DNA of 64,000 nucleotides, taken from assembly GCF_018977255.1 (NCBI RefSeq), contig NW_024704742.1, positions 9,054,001-9,118,000 on the forward strand, given 5' to 3'. A program made the position numbers and the translations under genes. This document shows positions 38,436 through 50,185 of the stretch, piece by piece. Source of the stretch: Callorhinchus milii. Its lineage: Eukaryota. How positions within the stretch are numbered: the first letter of the stretch is position 1; each line of letters begins with the position of its first letter. The notes below the pieces were generated by a model. The model worked only from the letters and a program-made list of their open reading frames with translations, did not search any database and had not been told where the DNA came from.

Positions 38436-39715
38436 TATTATAGATTCATCACATCCTGGAGATTGAACCTGGAGGCTTCCTGGTCTGCATGGTTCAACTG
38501 CTCATTCAACAAATGCCCTAATGTGTTGAGGAAGCTCAGCTGTCAGATTTAAAGTTGCACAAAGCAATGCCCCTGTTTTACTTGTGTGCAATCTAAGATG
38601 ACACTCCAATGCAGGGCTCGGGAGGGTGTTTCTTTGTCAGAGGTGCCGTCCTTCAGATGAGACGTTAAACCGAAGCCCCATCTGCCTGTTTGGCAAAGAG
38701 AAGGGCTTAAACCCTGTCAAGGTGATTAGGTCAAGGTGACCCATATAGTTGATGCTGAACTCCAGTGCAGTGCTGGGGGTGTGCTGCATTGTCGGAGTTG
38801 GCATCCGATGGATAAGATGTTAAACTGAGGCCCTGACTTTATGTCGAAAAGAACGTTAAATATCCCAATTGAAAAGAGAAAGGAGTTTCTTCTGGGGTCC
38901 TGCCAACAATCCCCCCAAATAAAATTGGTCACTCACTTCATGGCTGTTTGTGGGATATTGCTGCTGCATTCACCTGCACAGTCACTAAACTTTTCAGGTT
39001 AGCAGACTCTGAACTGCTTTGAGGTGTAAAAGGAAGTATTACAGAGCCATACATAGCAAACATAAGAATTTACAACGCAGAAGAATGCCATTCAGCCCCA
39101 TCATGTCTGCGCAGGCTCTTTTAAAGAACAATGCTTTCATTCCCATTTACCCTGTACCCCTGTAGTGCATACAAGCAACCATAGAAATTACCCCATAATA
39201 ACTGCAACACCAGAGAATGTAGGCGTTATAGACGGTCACTGGGTGCACTGTGACTGTCAGCCTAATGTTCTCTCAATGAATGTTTTCACTTCCAGCACAA
39301 TCCTTCTTTGAATCTTGTCTCGTTGTTCTTGTCTGCAGTACAGACTGTCAAATGTGATGCCATGAACGATTCCACTCAGCCCTTGTTCAGCGTTCAGTGA
39401 GGAACAACGGAATTCGGCTTAAATGAATCATGTTGATGGTGCGCAATGTTGATTGATCGGATCCTGCAGTGCACAGAGTGTACAAGGGAATGAGAAAAAG
39501 CAACTTATCAAAAGCTACAGGAGGCATCGCCAAAGGTTATACATTTACCAGTGAGAGGAACAAAAGCCAAGACTTTGTTCAATCTTACACTGACCCGTCC
39601 AGAGGTGCTGAACTGCTGGAGTCATTTCCTAATGCTGTCGGCTGATAAAAATGGAAATGTTCTTCCCCATTATTGTTTCCTGATGGACAGAGGATTAGCC
39701 TATCAGGTAATGAGG

Positions 39716-40078
39716 TAATAATAATAATCCTTGCATTTGATATAGTGCTTTTCACATCTTCTATGCGTCTCAAAGTGTTTCATAGGATACACTGTGAAGT
39801 GAATTGACTGTATATTTGTGAGTGAAAATTGCAGCAGCCAATTGCACACAGCAGTGTCACACAAACAATCATAGATTTCAGTTATTTATCTTTTTCAGGG
39901 ATTATTATCCCCAGAAAAACAATTCACCAATCGACAAATAACTGGTTCCTACTTACTGCTAGGTAAACAGAGGCATGTGGAATAAGGAAACTTGCCCAAC
40001 ATTTCACCCTGCTGGGAATCAAACCCAGGTCTCTCACTTGCAAGGCAAGTGCTCTAATCACTGAGCTACAGGACTCCA
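39716..40078 (-). mobile_element. SINE-A full length
   Basis: Consensus match. Confidence 0.9.
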
Positions 40079-40129
40079 CTAATGATGAAAGTTGTCGATA
40101 GCTATTTGCTAAGAGCCCAACTTTAGGTG

Positions 40130-40430
40130 TCATCTTGGCTCACTTGGTGATGCTCTCGTCTCTGAATCTGAAGATTGTGGGTTCAAATCCCACAGTTGAG
40201 CGCATGGTCTCAGCTAACACTCCAGTGCAGTGATGGGGAGCATTGCATTGTCGAAGGCGCTGCCTTTTGGATAAGATGTTAAACTAAGTTCCTGCCTGCC
40301 TGTTCAGGTGTACGTTAAAGAACCCATGATGCTATTCCAAAAAGAGAAGGGAGTTTCTTAAGGTGTCCTGGCCAACAATTCTCCTTACAATAATGTTTGC
40401 TGTGTTGCAGATAGAGTTACTACACTTGAC
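40130..40430 (+). mobile_element. SINE-B
   Basis: TGGCTCACTTGGT...GTGGGTTCAAATCCCAC head plus Deu domain. Confidence 0.8.
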
Positions 40431-40806
40431 AGTAGCTTGTTATAGAGGAGCTGAGGGACATTGGAAGGAGGGCATTGGAATAACTGAGTCTGGATCTGAT
40501 AGTACCTTTCGTGTTGGGAGGACATCTTTGCATAAAAAATAGTCTATTCACTTTACAGTATATTCTGTGAAGCACTTTGAGACTTCTTAAAGACGTGATA
40601 AGTCATTATATCAAATGCAAGGATTATTATTATTGTTATCCCGAAGTGCTTCACAGGATTTACTGTGAAGTGTATTAACCATTGTCACTGTTCATTAAGT
40701 GGCACATTCCTAGAGCACTTTCTTTGTACATTGAGGTCACTTTGTTAGCTCTGGAGATCCATGAACACCTCTCAGCTCATAAGATTGGAACCTCCAAGGG
40801 CGTCAG

Positions 40807-41299
40807 TGATAAATATGATACTCGCTCAGACTTCAATCAATTAAGCATTTATTCACGGCAATCAGACAATAGTCAAGTTAGCAAGGCTTGAATATTACAC
40901 GTCAGGTTTAAACATATTTCATCAATAAGCAAACACTATAGAAGCATCTTATTACACTCACACCTTTCTGCAAGCCTTCCTTATTATACTCACTTTCAAT
41001 ACAAGTCAAGGGTGTTTGTTTCAGGTAGCAAGCTGAAGCACCCTCTTTCATTAAGGCAGTCTCTTGATCAGCAGGCGTTCAACACTCAGCATATAGCTAG
41101 GATAGCTAACCCCTATGTGTCGAACCTGGATTGCTTCAGGCAGGTAGTTTAAATAGTGTGCCTGATCACTCATTGGTTTAATTTGCTTGTGCAGCATTTC
41201 CTGCGGGCAAGTGAATAGCGCTAATTGCTCCAGCTGCTTTATCTTGATTTAATTTAATTTAATAATCTCTATCTTTATTTAACTACTTGAGCTTTATCA
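40807..41299 (-). mobile_element. Candidate solo LTR (~493 bp)
   Basis: TGATAAA...TTTATCA termini; on the minus strand CCAAT, TATTTAAA and AATAAA occur in LTR order; no clean TSD. Confidence 0.4.
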
Positions 41300-41857
41300 A
41301 TAGATGTGTTATTAAGTCTTTAGTTTTGCCTCGATGCGAGGCAGCTACAACACATTTAGAAACCCTAAAATTTGATTCCTACTCTGGTTTAGACCCAGAC
41401 CTTGGGATGTTCTCCCAACGTGAAAGGTGCTATACAAATGTAATTTTGTATTGTATTGTATTTGTAGATGATACACAATTAGCTATGTAGCGGATGACTA
41501 ATTTTATCTGAGGGAATGTCGGCCTGAACACTGGGGAATTTTTTTTTTGGAAAGTTCATGGGATCTCAGTTGAATATCTAATCTGAAATATCATACCACC
41601 TGTCTTTATGTTTTCCTTTGTGCTCTACCAAATGCAGTGATCCATACAGGGACCATTTTCTAGTACTACAAAAAATCAAACGTGGGATGTTTAAAAGAAT
41701 AGTAGACAGATACGTGTCTAGTAGAGATACGAAGGGTATGATGAAAGGGCAGGAAATCAGCATTAAAAGATCCACATAGATTCAATGAACAGGCTTGATA
41801 GGCTGAATGGCCACCTCCATTTTTCCCATATGTCCCTACATTCTGGTGTACCAGACT

Positions 41858-42235
41858 GGCTGAGTTGGTAGCGCTCTGAGTCAGAAGGTTGTGGGTTGAA
41901 ACCCCCCACACTGGGACTTGGAACTCATGTAATCTAGACTGATGCTCCAATGTGGTTGTATTGTTAGAGGTGCTATCCTTCGGATGAGACCTTAAACACA
42001 GGTCCCGTCTGCCTGCGCAGGTGGATGTTAAAGATCCCATGGCATTATTCAACAACAGAAGGGAGTTTCTTCCAGTATCCTGGATAACAATATCTTAGAT
42101 AAAATTGGTCATTCACTTCATGGCTGTTTGTGGGACACTGCTGTACATAAATTGGCTGCCAGGTTTGCTCACAAAATACACAGCCACTTTTCACTATATC
42201 CTGTGAAAGGTGCTGTGCCAATGTAAGGATTATTG
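41858..42235 (+). mobile_element. SINE-B full length
   Basis: GGCTGAGTTGGTAGCGCTCTGAGTCAGAAGGTTGTGGGTTGAAAC head, Deu domain, tail. Confidence 0.82.
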
Positions 42236-42544
42236 TATAACTATTATTACATTCAAATAGCTATTGTTCTATGAGCCAAGGGAGTCAGTTATTTATCATG
42301 GGATTCAAGACTGGTTCTTTCAGTGCTAATACATAAACACGCCAACCCATCTGTTAATTGTTGGTTAACATTTGGCAGCAATAAACCGTGTGTGATATCC
42401 TATCCCTACTCCAAGGATGCTCAAGCCAATTCTATCACCTCAGCTATCACCTATAATTCTCAGATCAATTATTTTATACCTACCAACCATTAAACATGAG
42501 GCCAGAAAATCCACCTAAATATGTACAATTAGCCTTGCTTTTCC

Positions 42545-42770
42545 GCAGGTAATAATCCGTTCAAATAAATAAATAAATACATAAATTGGTCACTCAATTT
42601 ACGACTGTTTGTGGGCCACTGCTGTGCGCAAATGGCTGTCTTGTTTCACCCATAAAATATACAGTCACTACACTTTACATTATATTTTGTGAAGCGCTTT
42701 GTGAAGCGCTTTGAATCGTCTCGAAGACATGATACGGCGCTATATCAAATGCAAGGATTATTATTACTAC
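42545..42770 (+). mobile_element. SINE-A 3' half
   Basis: Consensus match. Confidence 0.8.
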
Positions 42771-43107
42771 AATAATCCTGTAAACATATCTACCTTCAAA
42801 GTTAATACCAGCAGAATTTGGGGAAATTCTTCAATTCAGTCTAAATTTTTTAAGAAGTGCAATAAAATGGTTTCCTAACTAACTGGCATGTAAGCATCTC
42901 ACAATATTACAAGATCACAAGAGGTTCTGTTGAAGAAAGCCCTTTAATCCATTCAATCTCATTCTTCCAGAATTCTCAACCTACGTCTTCCCATTGCAGC
43001 ATTAAGTTGTTTCTCAATGAGTCAGTCCACTATTCTGGCCTCAAAACTACCTTTCCTTGTGGCTCTCCTCTGGGTAAAGTATCTCTTTACCCAGAGGGTA
43101 GCTGGGT

Positions 43108-43490
43108 AGAGTCCTGTAGCTTACTGGTTTGAGCATTCACCTCACATGTGAGAGGACCTGGGTTTGATTCCCGGGCAGAGCGAAATGTTGGGCTAGTTTC
43201 CTTATTCCATATGCCTCTGTTTACCTAGCAGTAAGTAGGAACCCGGTTGTTAGTTGATTAGCAGATTGCTTTTCTAGAGGTAATATTTCCTTCAAAATAA
43301 ATAAAAATAACTTGGTCACTCAATTCACTAATGGACCAAATTGGGACACTGCTGTGCACTACTGTGCTACGTGTCTCCCACAAAATATACAGTCAATTCA
43401 CTTTACAGTATATTTTGTGAAGTGCTATGAGACGTCTCAAAGATGTGGTAAGGCGCTATATCAAATGCAAGGATTCTTCTTATTATTATA
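43108..43490 (+). mobile_element. SINE-A full length
   Basis: Consensus match. Confidence 0.88.
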
Positions 43491-44227
43491 CTTCCTGGTG
43501 TCTCTCCTCAAATCTCCCCTTTTGCAACCTTAAAACTGTGCCCTCTTTTTCTGCTGTCTTGATGCATTCAAAAGTAAATGCTGTCCTGCAGCAGAGGACA
43601 AAGTCAGAAATGCAAAAAGCCATTAAAAAAGGACATTGAAGCATTTTTTGCAAAGCATTTTTCATCAGAAGAGGCCTTTTTATTTTAAGCAATACAGCTC
43701 AAATCTCAGGCTGCCAACTACTTTGTTGACTGCGTTACTGACAGCCAAGGTCAGTTTTACTGACAACGCAATTTTTTCCCTCCAACATTAAATCGGTGAC
43801 ACAGAAATTACCATACAAATGACACAGGACAATCGCTTTTTAACTGTTAAAAAAATAAAATAAAACACCACTTATAAGCTCTGTGCAAATCCGCAAGCAG
43901 AATTTACAAGATCCATCAATTGTTTTGGACAGTTTCTAAACCTGTCCATTTCTTTGCCTTCAAGGTCATAAATATTTACTGGTGATGGGTGACGTGCTTT
44001 CAGACAACACTGTCCATCATTCCAACAACGATCACATTTTACTTTTCCTGGAATTTTGTGCAGTCTCAGATATTTCACAGGTGGGGTAAACACCAGGAGG
44101 GAGTCTGTCATGGCTGATTCCCCATAAAATGCGTACTGAAAAGCTTTCTAGAGTTAGCGATTTCCGTGTGACAGAACCGAAAATCACAAGAAAAAAGATG
44201 GAATGAGAAAAAGTCAATTGACCAATT

Positions 44228-44600
44228 GGAGTCCTGTAGCTTAGTGGTTAGAGCACTCGCCTCACAAGCGAGAGGACCTGGGTTCAATTCCCAGGCAGGG
44301 CGAAGCGTTGGGCAAGTTTCCTTACTCCACACACCTCTGTTTACCTAGCAGTAAGTAGGAACCCGGTTGTTAGTCGATTGGCGGATCGCTTTTCAGGGGA
44401 TAATGATTCCTTAATGACAATAAATAATAATTTGGTCACTCAATCCATGACTGTTAATGGGACACTGCTGTGTGCAATTGGCTGCCCCATTTCGTCCACA
44501 AAATACACAGTCAATTTACTTTACAGTATATTCTGTGAAGCGCTTTGAGATGTCTTGAAGACATGATAAGGCGCTATATCAATTGCAAGGATTATTATAT
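44228..44600 (+). mobile_element. SINE-A full length (reference-quality copy)
   Basis: A box TAGCTTAGTGG, B box GGTTCAATTCC, cloverleaf-compatible head, middle block, L2-type tail. Confidence 0.92.
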
Positions 44601-45204
44601 TAACACCTCTCTTGCTTCAATAGTTGATATGTGATCACCTCATCAATCTCTCCCACTTGCTTCTCTCCCCAATTTTTAAGGACAGCCAGGAGTCTGATGT
44701 GCACAACAATCCCTTGCCATTGTTTAAGAGCCATTCACTAGAATCACAGAAGCAGAGTTTCTGTTTGTCAATTCTGTAGTGTGGAGTCTTTCCCCCAGAG
44801 AAAGAGACACATACTCCTTGACTATGCCCAAAGAACACCTGCGGGTTAATAATAATCCTTGCATTTGATATAGCGCCTTATCATGTTTTCGAGACATGTC
44901 AAAGCGCTTTGCAGAATGTACTGTAAAGTGAATTGACTGCATATTTTGTGGGTGAAAAAAAAACTTAACCCAGATGGAATTTCTCCCCATTTGTGGGGAT
45001 TGGTGATCAAAATGTGCATTGAGGGAGTGAAACCCTGGACTACCCTGCTCCTTGGGGTGGGGCGTGAGGTAATACATCATCAATGCAAACAAAACTAGAG
45101 GTCTAATATTTCTCATGGTTTAACCTTCAGATCATCATCATAAAATTTAAGACCATGCATTATTTTAGAAATTCTTACAATTCAGACTTAATTTAGAACC
45201 TAAA

Positions 45205-45415
45205 GGTAAAATACTTGCAGATGCTGGAAATCTGAAATAAAAACAGAAGTCGCTGGGAACGCTCAGCAGGTCAGTCAGCATCTATGGAGAGAGGAAAATG
45301 AATTAACAAAATGTTCTGACGAAAGGTCATAGACCTGAAACATTGACTCACCTTCCTCTCTCCATAGATGCTGCCTGACCTGCTGGGTGTTCCCAGCGAC
45401 TTCTGTTTTTATTTT
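45205..45415 (+). mobile_element. Penelope-type palindromic repeat with a central hammerhead motif
   Basis: ~60-bp inverted arms (45235-45296 / 45353-45414) flank CTGACGA-A-AGGTC-ATA-GACCT-GAAAC. Confidence 0.8.
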
Positions 45416-46614
45416 AAATTAGAACTTGGCTTCATGTAGCTCTTAAAAGGGAAATTGTGGAAAAGTATCACTCAATTTGGAATAATATTAATAAACAGCG
45501 ATGAAGTGAATGACTAATTTTATTTGGGAGATCGTTGGCCATGACACAAGGAGAAACTCCTTTTCTATTTTCAAGTAGTGTCATGGAATCTTTTATGTCT
45601 ACTTGAACAGTACAGATGGGACATTGTTTTAATATCATATCTGCAAATCATCTGACAATGTAATGCTCCTGCTAGGTTGTGAGCTCAGATCTATGACTAG
45701 GCAGGCCACACCCCCATCTTAACTGAAGGAAGTCTATTCCGGGAGGAGACTAGAAAGGAGATTAAAACACAGAAAACTTGGAGGTTTTACATTCTCCTAC
45801 CAAATAAAAAAAAATACCTCTGGGAGTATTGAAATGACAGTATAATTGTAGTAGCTCCAGAGTCGATCTGAATTCACACAACTCTTTCCAACAATAATCT
45901 ACAATAATAATCAAAGTCTTTTTTTTCAATTACTTTTGTCTGGAGCCTTCTTAAAATAATAAATATAGAGAGTATTAAGTAAGGATAACATTAGGGAAAC
46001 GGATAGCATTAACCAGTGATGTAGTGAAATTAATTTTCTTCATCGAGTATATGCCTAGAGCTCTTTATGTAGAGGATAAGCTGATTACACTGATAGATTT
46101 CTAAGGAACTACATACTAAACTTTGATAAAGTAATTGAATAGGTGTCTCGGTATTAGCTGATCATAATGTTCTGTAAAATTAGTCTGACTCAGAAATTGG
46201 AGAATATGAAACCGCAAATGACCACTGCACAATTCCAACAACAACAACTTTATATAAAATCCCTCAAGCAGGGTAGGGTCCCAGAGCCCATGTATTCTTG
46301 CATCAGTCACAAGAAACCTTTCTTCCCCTCCAACCTCTTTGATCCTCTTTGATCTTTGATGAAACCTTTCATCCCACCCATGTGTTGTCCCACATTTTGT
46401 GTTGAAATTGCATCAACTATATTATTATTATAATTATTGTTGTTTGGGAGATTTTTATTATGATCATATTATTATAATTATTTATATTATAAGTATAATA
46501 TAATAATATTATACTATAATATTGTCATGAATATATAATAGTCCTTTCATTTGAGATAGTGCTTTTCAGGTCAGGAGGACGTCTCAAAGCGCTGCACAGG
46601 ATTTACTGTAAAGT

Positions 46615-46943
46615 AAGTCCTGTAGCTCAGTGGTTAGAGCACTCGCTTTGCAAGCGAGAGACCTGAGTTCAATTCCAGGCAGGTCAGGGCGAAACCTTGG
46701 GCAAGTTTCCTTACCCCACACGCCTAATAATAATCCCTCCCCCCAAAAAACCGAAAAACAATAATAAATTGGTCATTTTCAATCTACGACTGTTTGTGGG
46801 ACATTACTGTGCGCAATTGGCTGCCGCGTTCGCCCACAAATATACAGTCAATTCACTTTACAGTGCGTTCTGTGAAGTGCTTTGGGACGTCCTCCCGACG
46901 TCAAAAGCACTATATCAAATGCAAGGATCATTATTATTATTAT
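46615..46943 (+). mobile_element. SINE-A short subfamily, inserted into an antisense SINE tail
   Basis: Host tail ...TACTGTAAAGT resumes as AGTGTAGTGACTGTGTATTTTGT after the insertion. Confidence 0.9.
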
Positions 46944-47437
46944 AAGTGTAGTGACTGTGTATTTTGTCAATTCTCTATTCCTACTCAAATTTTGTGGTCT
47001 ACAAGCCCATCACTCCATCCTCACTAAGCTCCACTGGCTTCCCATTCTACAATGGATTCAATTCACACTCCTCATCCTAAATTTGAAATGTCTCCATGTC
47101 AGTGCCTCATTTTACCTCTCCAATCTATTCCAGTCTCCCTCTTCCACCAACAACCTGTGGTTTGCCATTTCTCATACTTTTGGATTTAAGACAGTTGCCA
47201 TAAAATCATGCAGCATTTTGGAAAAAGACCTTTAATTCAGGTCTTAGTTCAGGAAGCTAACTTTTTGCAGTTCTTTTTCAATACTGAGTAGAGCTGACTT
47301 CTAAACTAACACGAAGTTTAATATCGGCTTTGAATAGTCCTAATTTCAGATGTACTGAGACACCTGAACAAGACGACACAGGTTTAAAGTTGCAAAGGGC
47401 AATTTCAGGACAAACATCAGGAAGTATTTCTTCATCT

Positions 47438-47742
47438 ATAATAATAATAATCTTTGCATTTGATATAGAGTCTTATCACGTCTTCAAGATATCTCAAAGC
47501 GCTTCACAGAATATACTCTAAAGTGAATAGACTGCATATTTGTGGATGAAACGCGGCAGCCAAGTGTCCCACAAACAGTCGTGGATTGAAGTGACCAAAT
47601 TATTATTGTGTTTTCTTTTCTTGAGGGATTATTGTCAGGCATGTGGAGTAAGGAAATTTGCCCAAGGTTTCAACCTGCCGGAAATCGAACCCAGTTCTTT
47701 CGCTTGTGAGACAAGTGCTCTAACCACTGAGCTACAGGACTC
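47438..47742 (-). mobile_element. SINE-A short subfamily
   Basis: GAGGGATTATTGTCAGGCATGTGGAGTAAGG junction. Confidence 0.85.
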
Positions 47743-48805
47743 CTACAGGTTGAGTCAATACATTGATTCAATGGGGGAATGGATTTGTTGGATACCCTGA
47801 GGGGTAACAATATAAGGAAAGAGGGAAAGACCTGGAAAATGGAAGCGAACCCAGGTCTCTCGCTTGCGAGGTGAGTGCTCTAACCACTGAGCTACAGGAC
47901 TCCTGAATAGAGATGAATGGACAAAGGAGGGGAAGGAATGGTCCTGAGCCCCTGTCAGAAAGTTACTGTGTCTGTATTAATGTCTTCTTACTGCTGTTGC
48001 TATAAAAATAAAAAGCTGAGGTCTGAGTGCCTACAGAAGGCTGTGTGCTTGACCTTGAAAGTATAGAGATAATTTATGGTCTGATATTTTTTAGTTGAAC
48101 AATACTAATACACCCAACAATGTAGTGAGTTGAGTGATCTATTGAGGTGAACAGGGCATTTCCAGATCTTGACTGTAGTGCTTAGATGATCTGAGGCCGC
48201 ATGTGATTCCCTGACTAATTTCAGGGTAGATTAAATGTCCCACGTGATGGACCAACTAACATGTTAGCCTCACCACAAAACTGATCCAAATGTCCAAAGC
48301 AACTTTGAGTGACTCCAACTTGTGGCTCTAATTGGGAGGCAAATGCTCTGTTTTGTTCAGTTTGACAGGCTCCCACGTTTCTGCACTACTTTGGCTTTGT
48401 TGAATGAAAATTGGTAAAAAGGTGTCTCTACCACTTTGTTGCAATATATATTCTATGCTTAAAACAGTGAATTCAAGCTATTATGCTGTGAGACATCTCT
48501 AAGACATTCTTAAGACCTTAGGCTAATTTTACACGAAATGCAATTTGGGATCCACCTGCATTTGTAAAAAGGCCAAAATTGAAGCGTGTTTGCTCTTAAA
48601 TCTGTTTAATAGTCACGGCTAATCCTAATGTGGAACTTCCCTTGGGAGTGCCAGCACTCAGATGTCAAGACGTCATGATTGCCAACAAATACTCAGCTTG
48701 TTACTTTCTCCCCTGAGGCAAAGCCTACGTTGACAGGAGAAAACAGTTTCAGGGTCATTTGTTTCTGTCTCTGCACTTGATGTGGTGAAAGAATGGGTTT
48801 GTTAT

Positions 48806-48948
48806 CCTCTCTCTCTCCTTTTCTCTCTTTCTCCTCTCTGTCTCTCTCTCTTGTTCATTCCTTCATTCTTTCTCTCCCTCCTTCTCTCTTTCCTCTTTCT
48901 CTTCTTCATCCCTTCAGTCCCTCTTTCCCTCCCTTCATCTCTCTCTTT
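48806..48948. repeat. CT-rich low-complexity tract
   Basis: Almost pure pyrimidine run. Confidence 0.9.
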
Positions 48949-48964
48949 CGTTCATTGCACACAG

Positions 48965-49055
48965 TGACATCTTGAAAACAGAAACCTCAAGCAGTAGCAC
49001 AGAAGGTGCAAAAAATGGAGCGACCTTGAAAATGAAGAGATCAGGACACATGTGC
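48965..49055 (+). other. Candidate internal exon (DILKTETSSSSTEGAKNGATLKMKRSGH...)
   Basis: Long polypyrimidine tract then CACAG acceptor, one open frame, possible donors GTGCGT (after 49051) or GTGAGG (after 49055). Confidence 0.25.
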
Positions 49056-49439
49056 GTGAGGCACTTTCCTGGGTTTGTCCCTAATAACAGGCTTTGTAAG
49101 AAATGACAGCTACGTTTTCCACAGCGTTGTCTTGCTCAGGTTATCGATGCACGGACAGAAACAAACCTATTATTTTCCTCCAAGGTTGTTATTTTAGTTA
49201 TACAGAACTCTGTGTGTATGTGTGTTTTCACACGTATTTAGAATCCAAATTGAAAATGTTGAAGTAAACGCAGAAAATCCATGTCAAGCAATCAGCTTGT
49301 TAGGAAAGTCAGGTTCATATTTTGGGTGTGACCCTTAGAGTCAGACTTAAAATATTACCCTGAAGGGTTGTTGAGGCCAGGATGCCAGAATCATTTAAGA
49401 AACGGCTTGATATTGTAATGAGATGTTAGGGTAGGTAAT

Positions 49440-49800
49440 CCCTTCACTCTCTGGCACCTCTCTACCTCTCTGACCTCCTCACTCCCCAATCTACCACCTG
49501 GCACCACCGCTCGATTGGCACCGGCCTCCTGCTCGTCCCTCACAACCTCCGCCACACCATCAGAGGTTGCGCTTTCAGGCACTACGCCCCAAAACTCCGG
49601 AACACTCTCCCTCAATCCCTCTGCCTTGCCCCCTCTGTCCCCTTTTCAAGTCCTGCCTGAAAACCTTCCTCTTCAATTGTGCTGATGGCCACTTCCCCCC
49701 AGATGGCTCGGAGTCAGGCTCTGCCACTGTTAAGCGACCTGAGACACAGCCCTGTGTGGACGGCGCTAATTAAGTGCAAGTAGTAGTTGCTGTTGTTGTT
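49440..49800 (+). mobile_element. L2 3' relic (subfamily 1)
   Basis: Homologous to 18750-19000; (GTT)n tail. Confidence 0.82.
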
Positions 49801-50185
49801 GGAGCAGAGAAGATTAATGGGAGATTTAATAGATGTGTTCAAAATTATGAGGGGATTTGACAGGGTGAACAGGGAGAAACTGTTTCCACTGGTGGGTAGG
49901 TCGGTAACCAGAGGACACAGATATAAGATAGTTGTCAAAAGAACCGGAGGGGAGATAGGAGACATTTTTTCACACAGCGAGTTGTTCGGATCTGGAATGC
50001 ATTGCTTGAAAGAGTGGTGGAAACAGATTTGATAACAACTTTCAAGAGAAAAGTGGATAGATATTTGAGGAGGACAAATTTGCAAGACTATAGGGAGAGA
50101 GCAGGGTAGTGGGATTAATTTGGACAGCTCTTTCAAAGAGCCGGCAAGGGCATGATGGGCCGAATGGCCTCCTTCTATGACCTAT
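49801..50185 (+). mobile_element. CR1 3' end
   Basis: EQRRLMGDLIDVFKIMRGFDRVNREKLFPLVGRSVTRGH; terminus GATGGGCCGAATGGCCTCCTTCT. Confidence 0.9.

Noticed and set aside
44228..44303. tRNA-Ala/Val-like cloverleafs (here and at ~20 other sites)
   Set aside because: They are SINE heads: they run into the SINE body, vary in anticodon and have no oligo-T terminator
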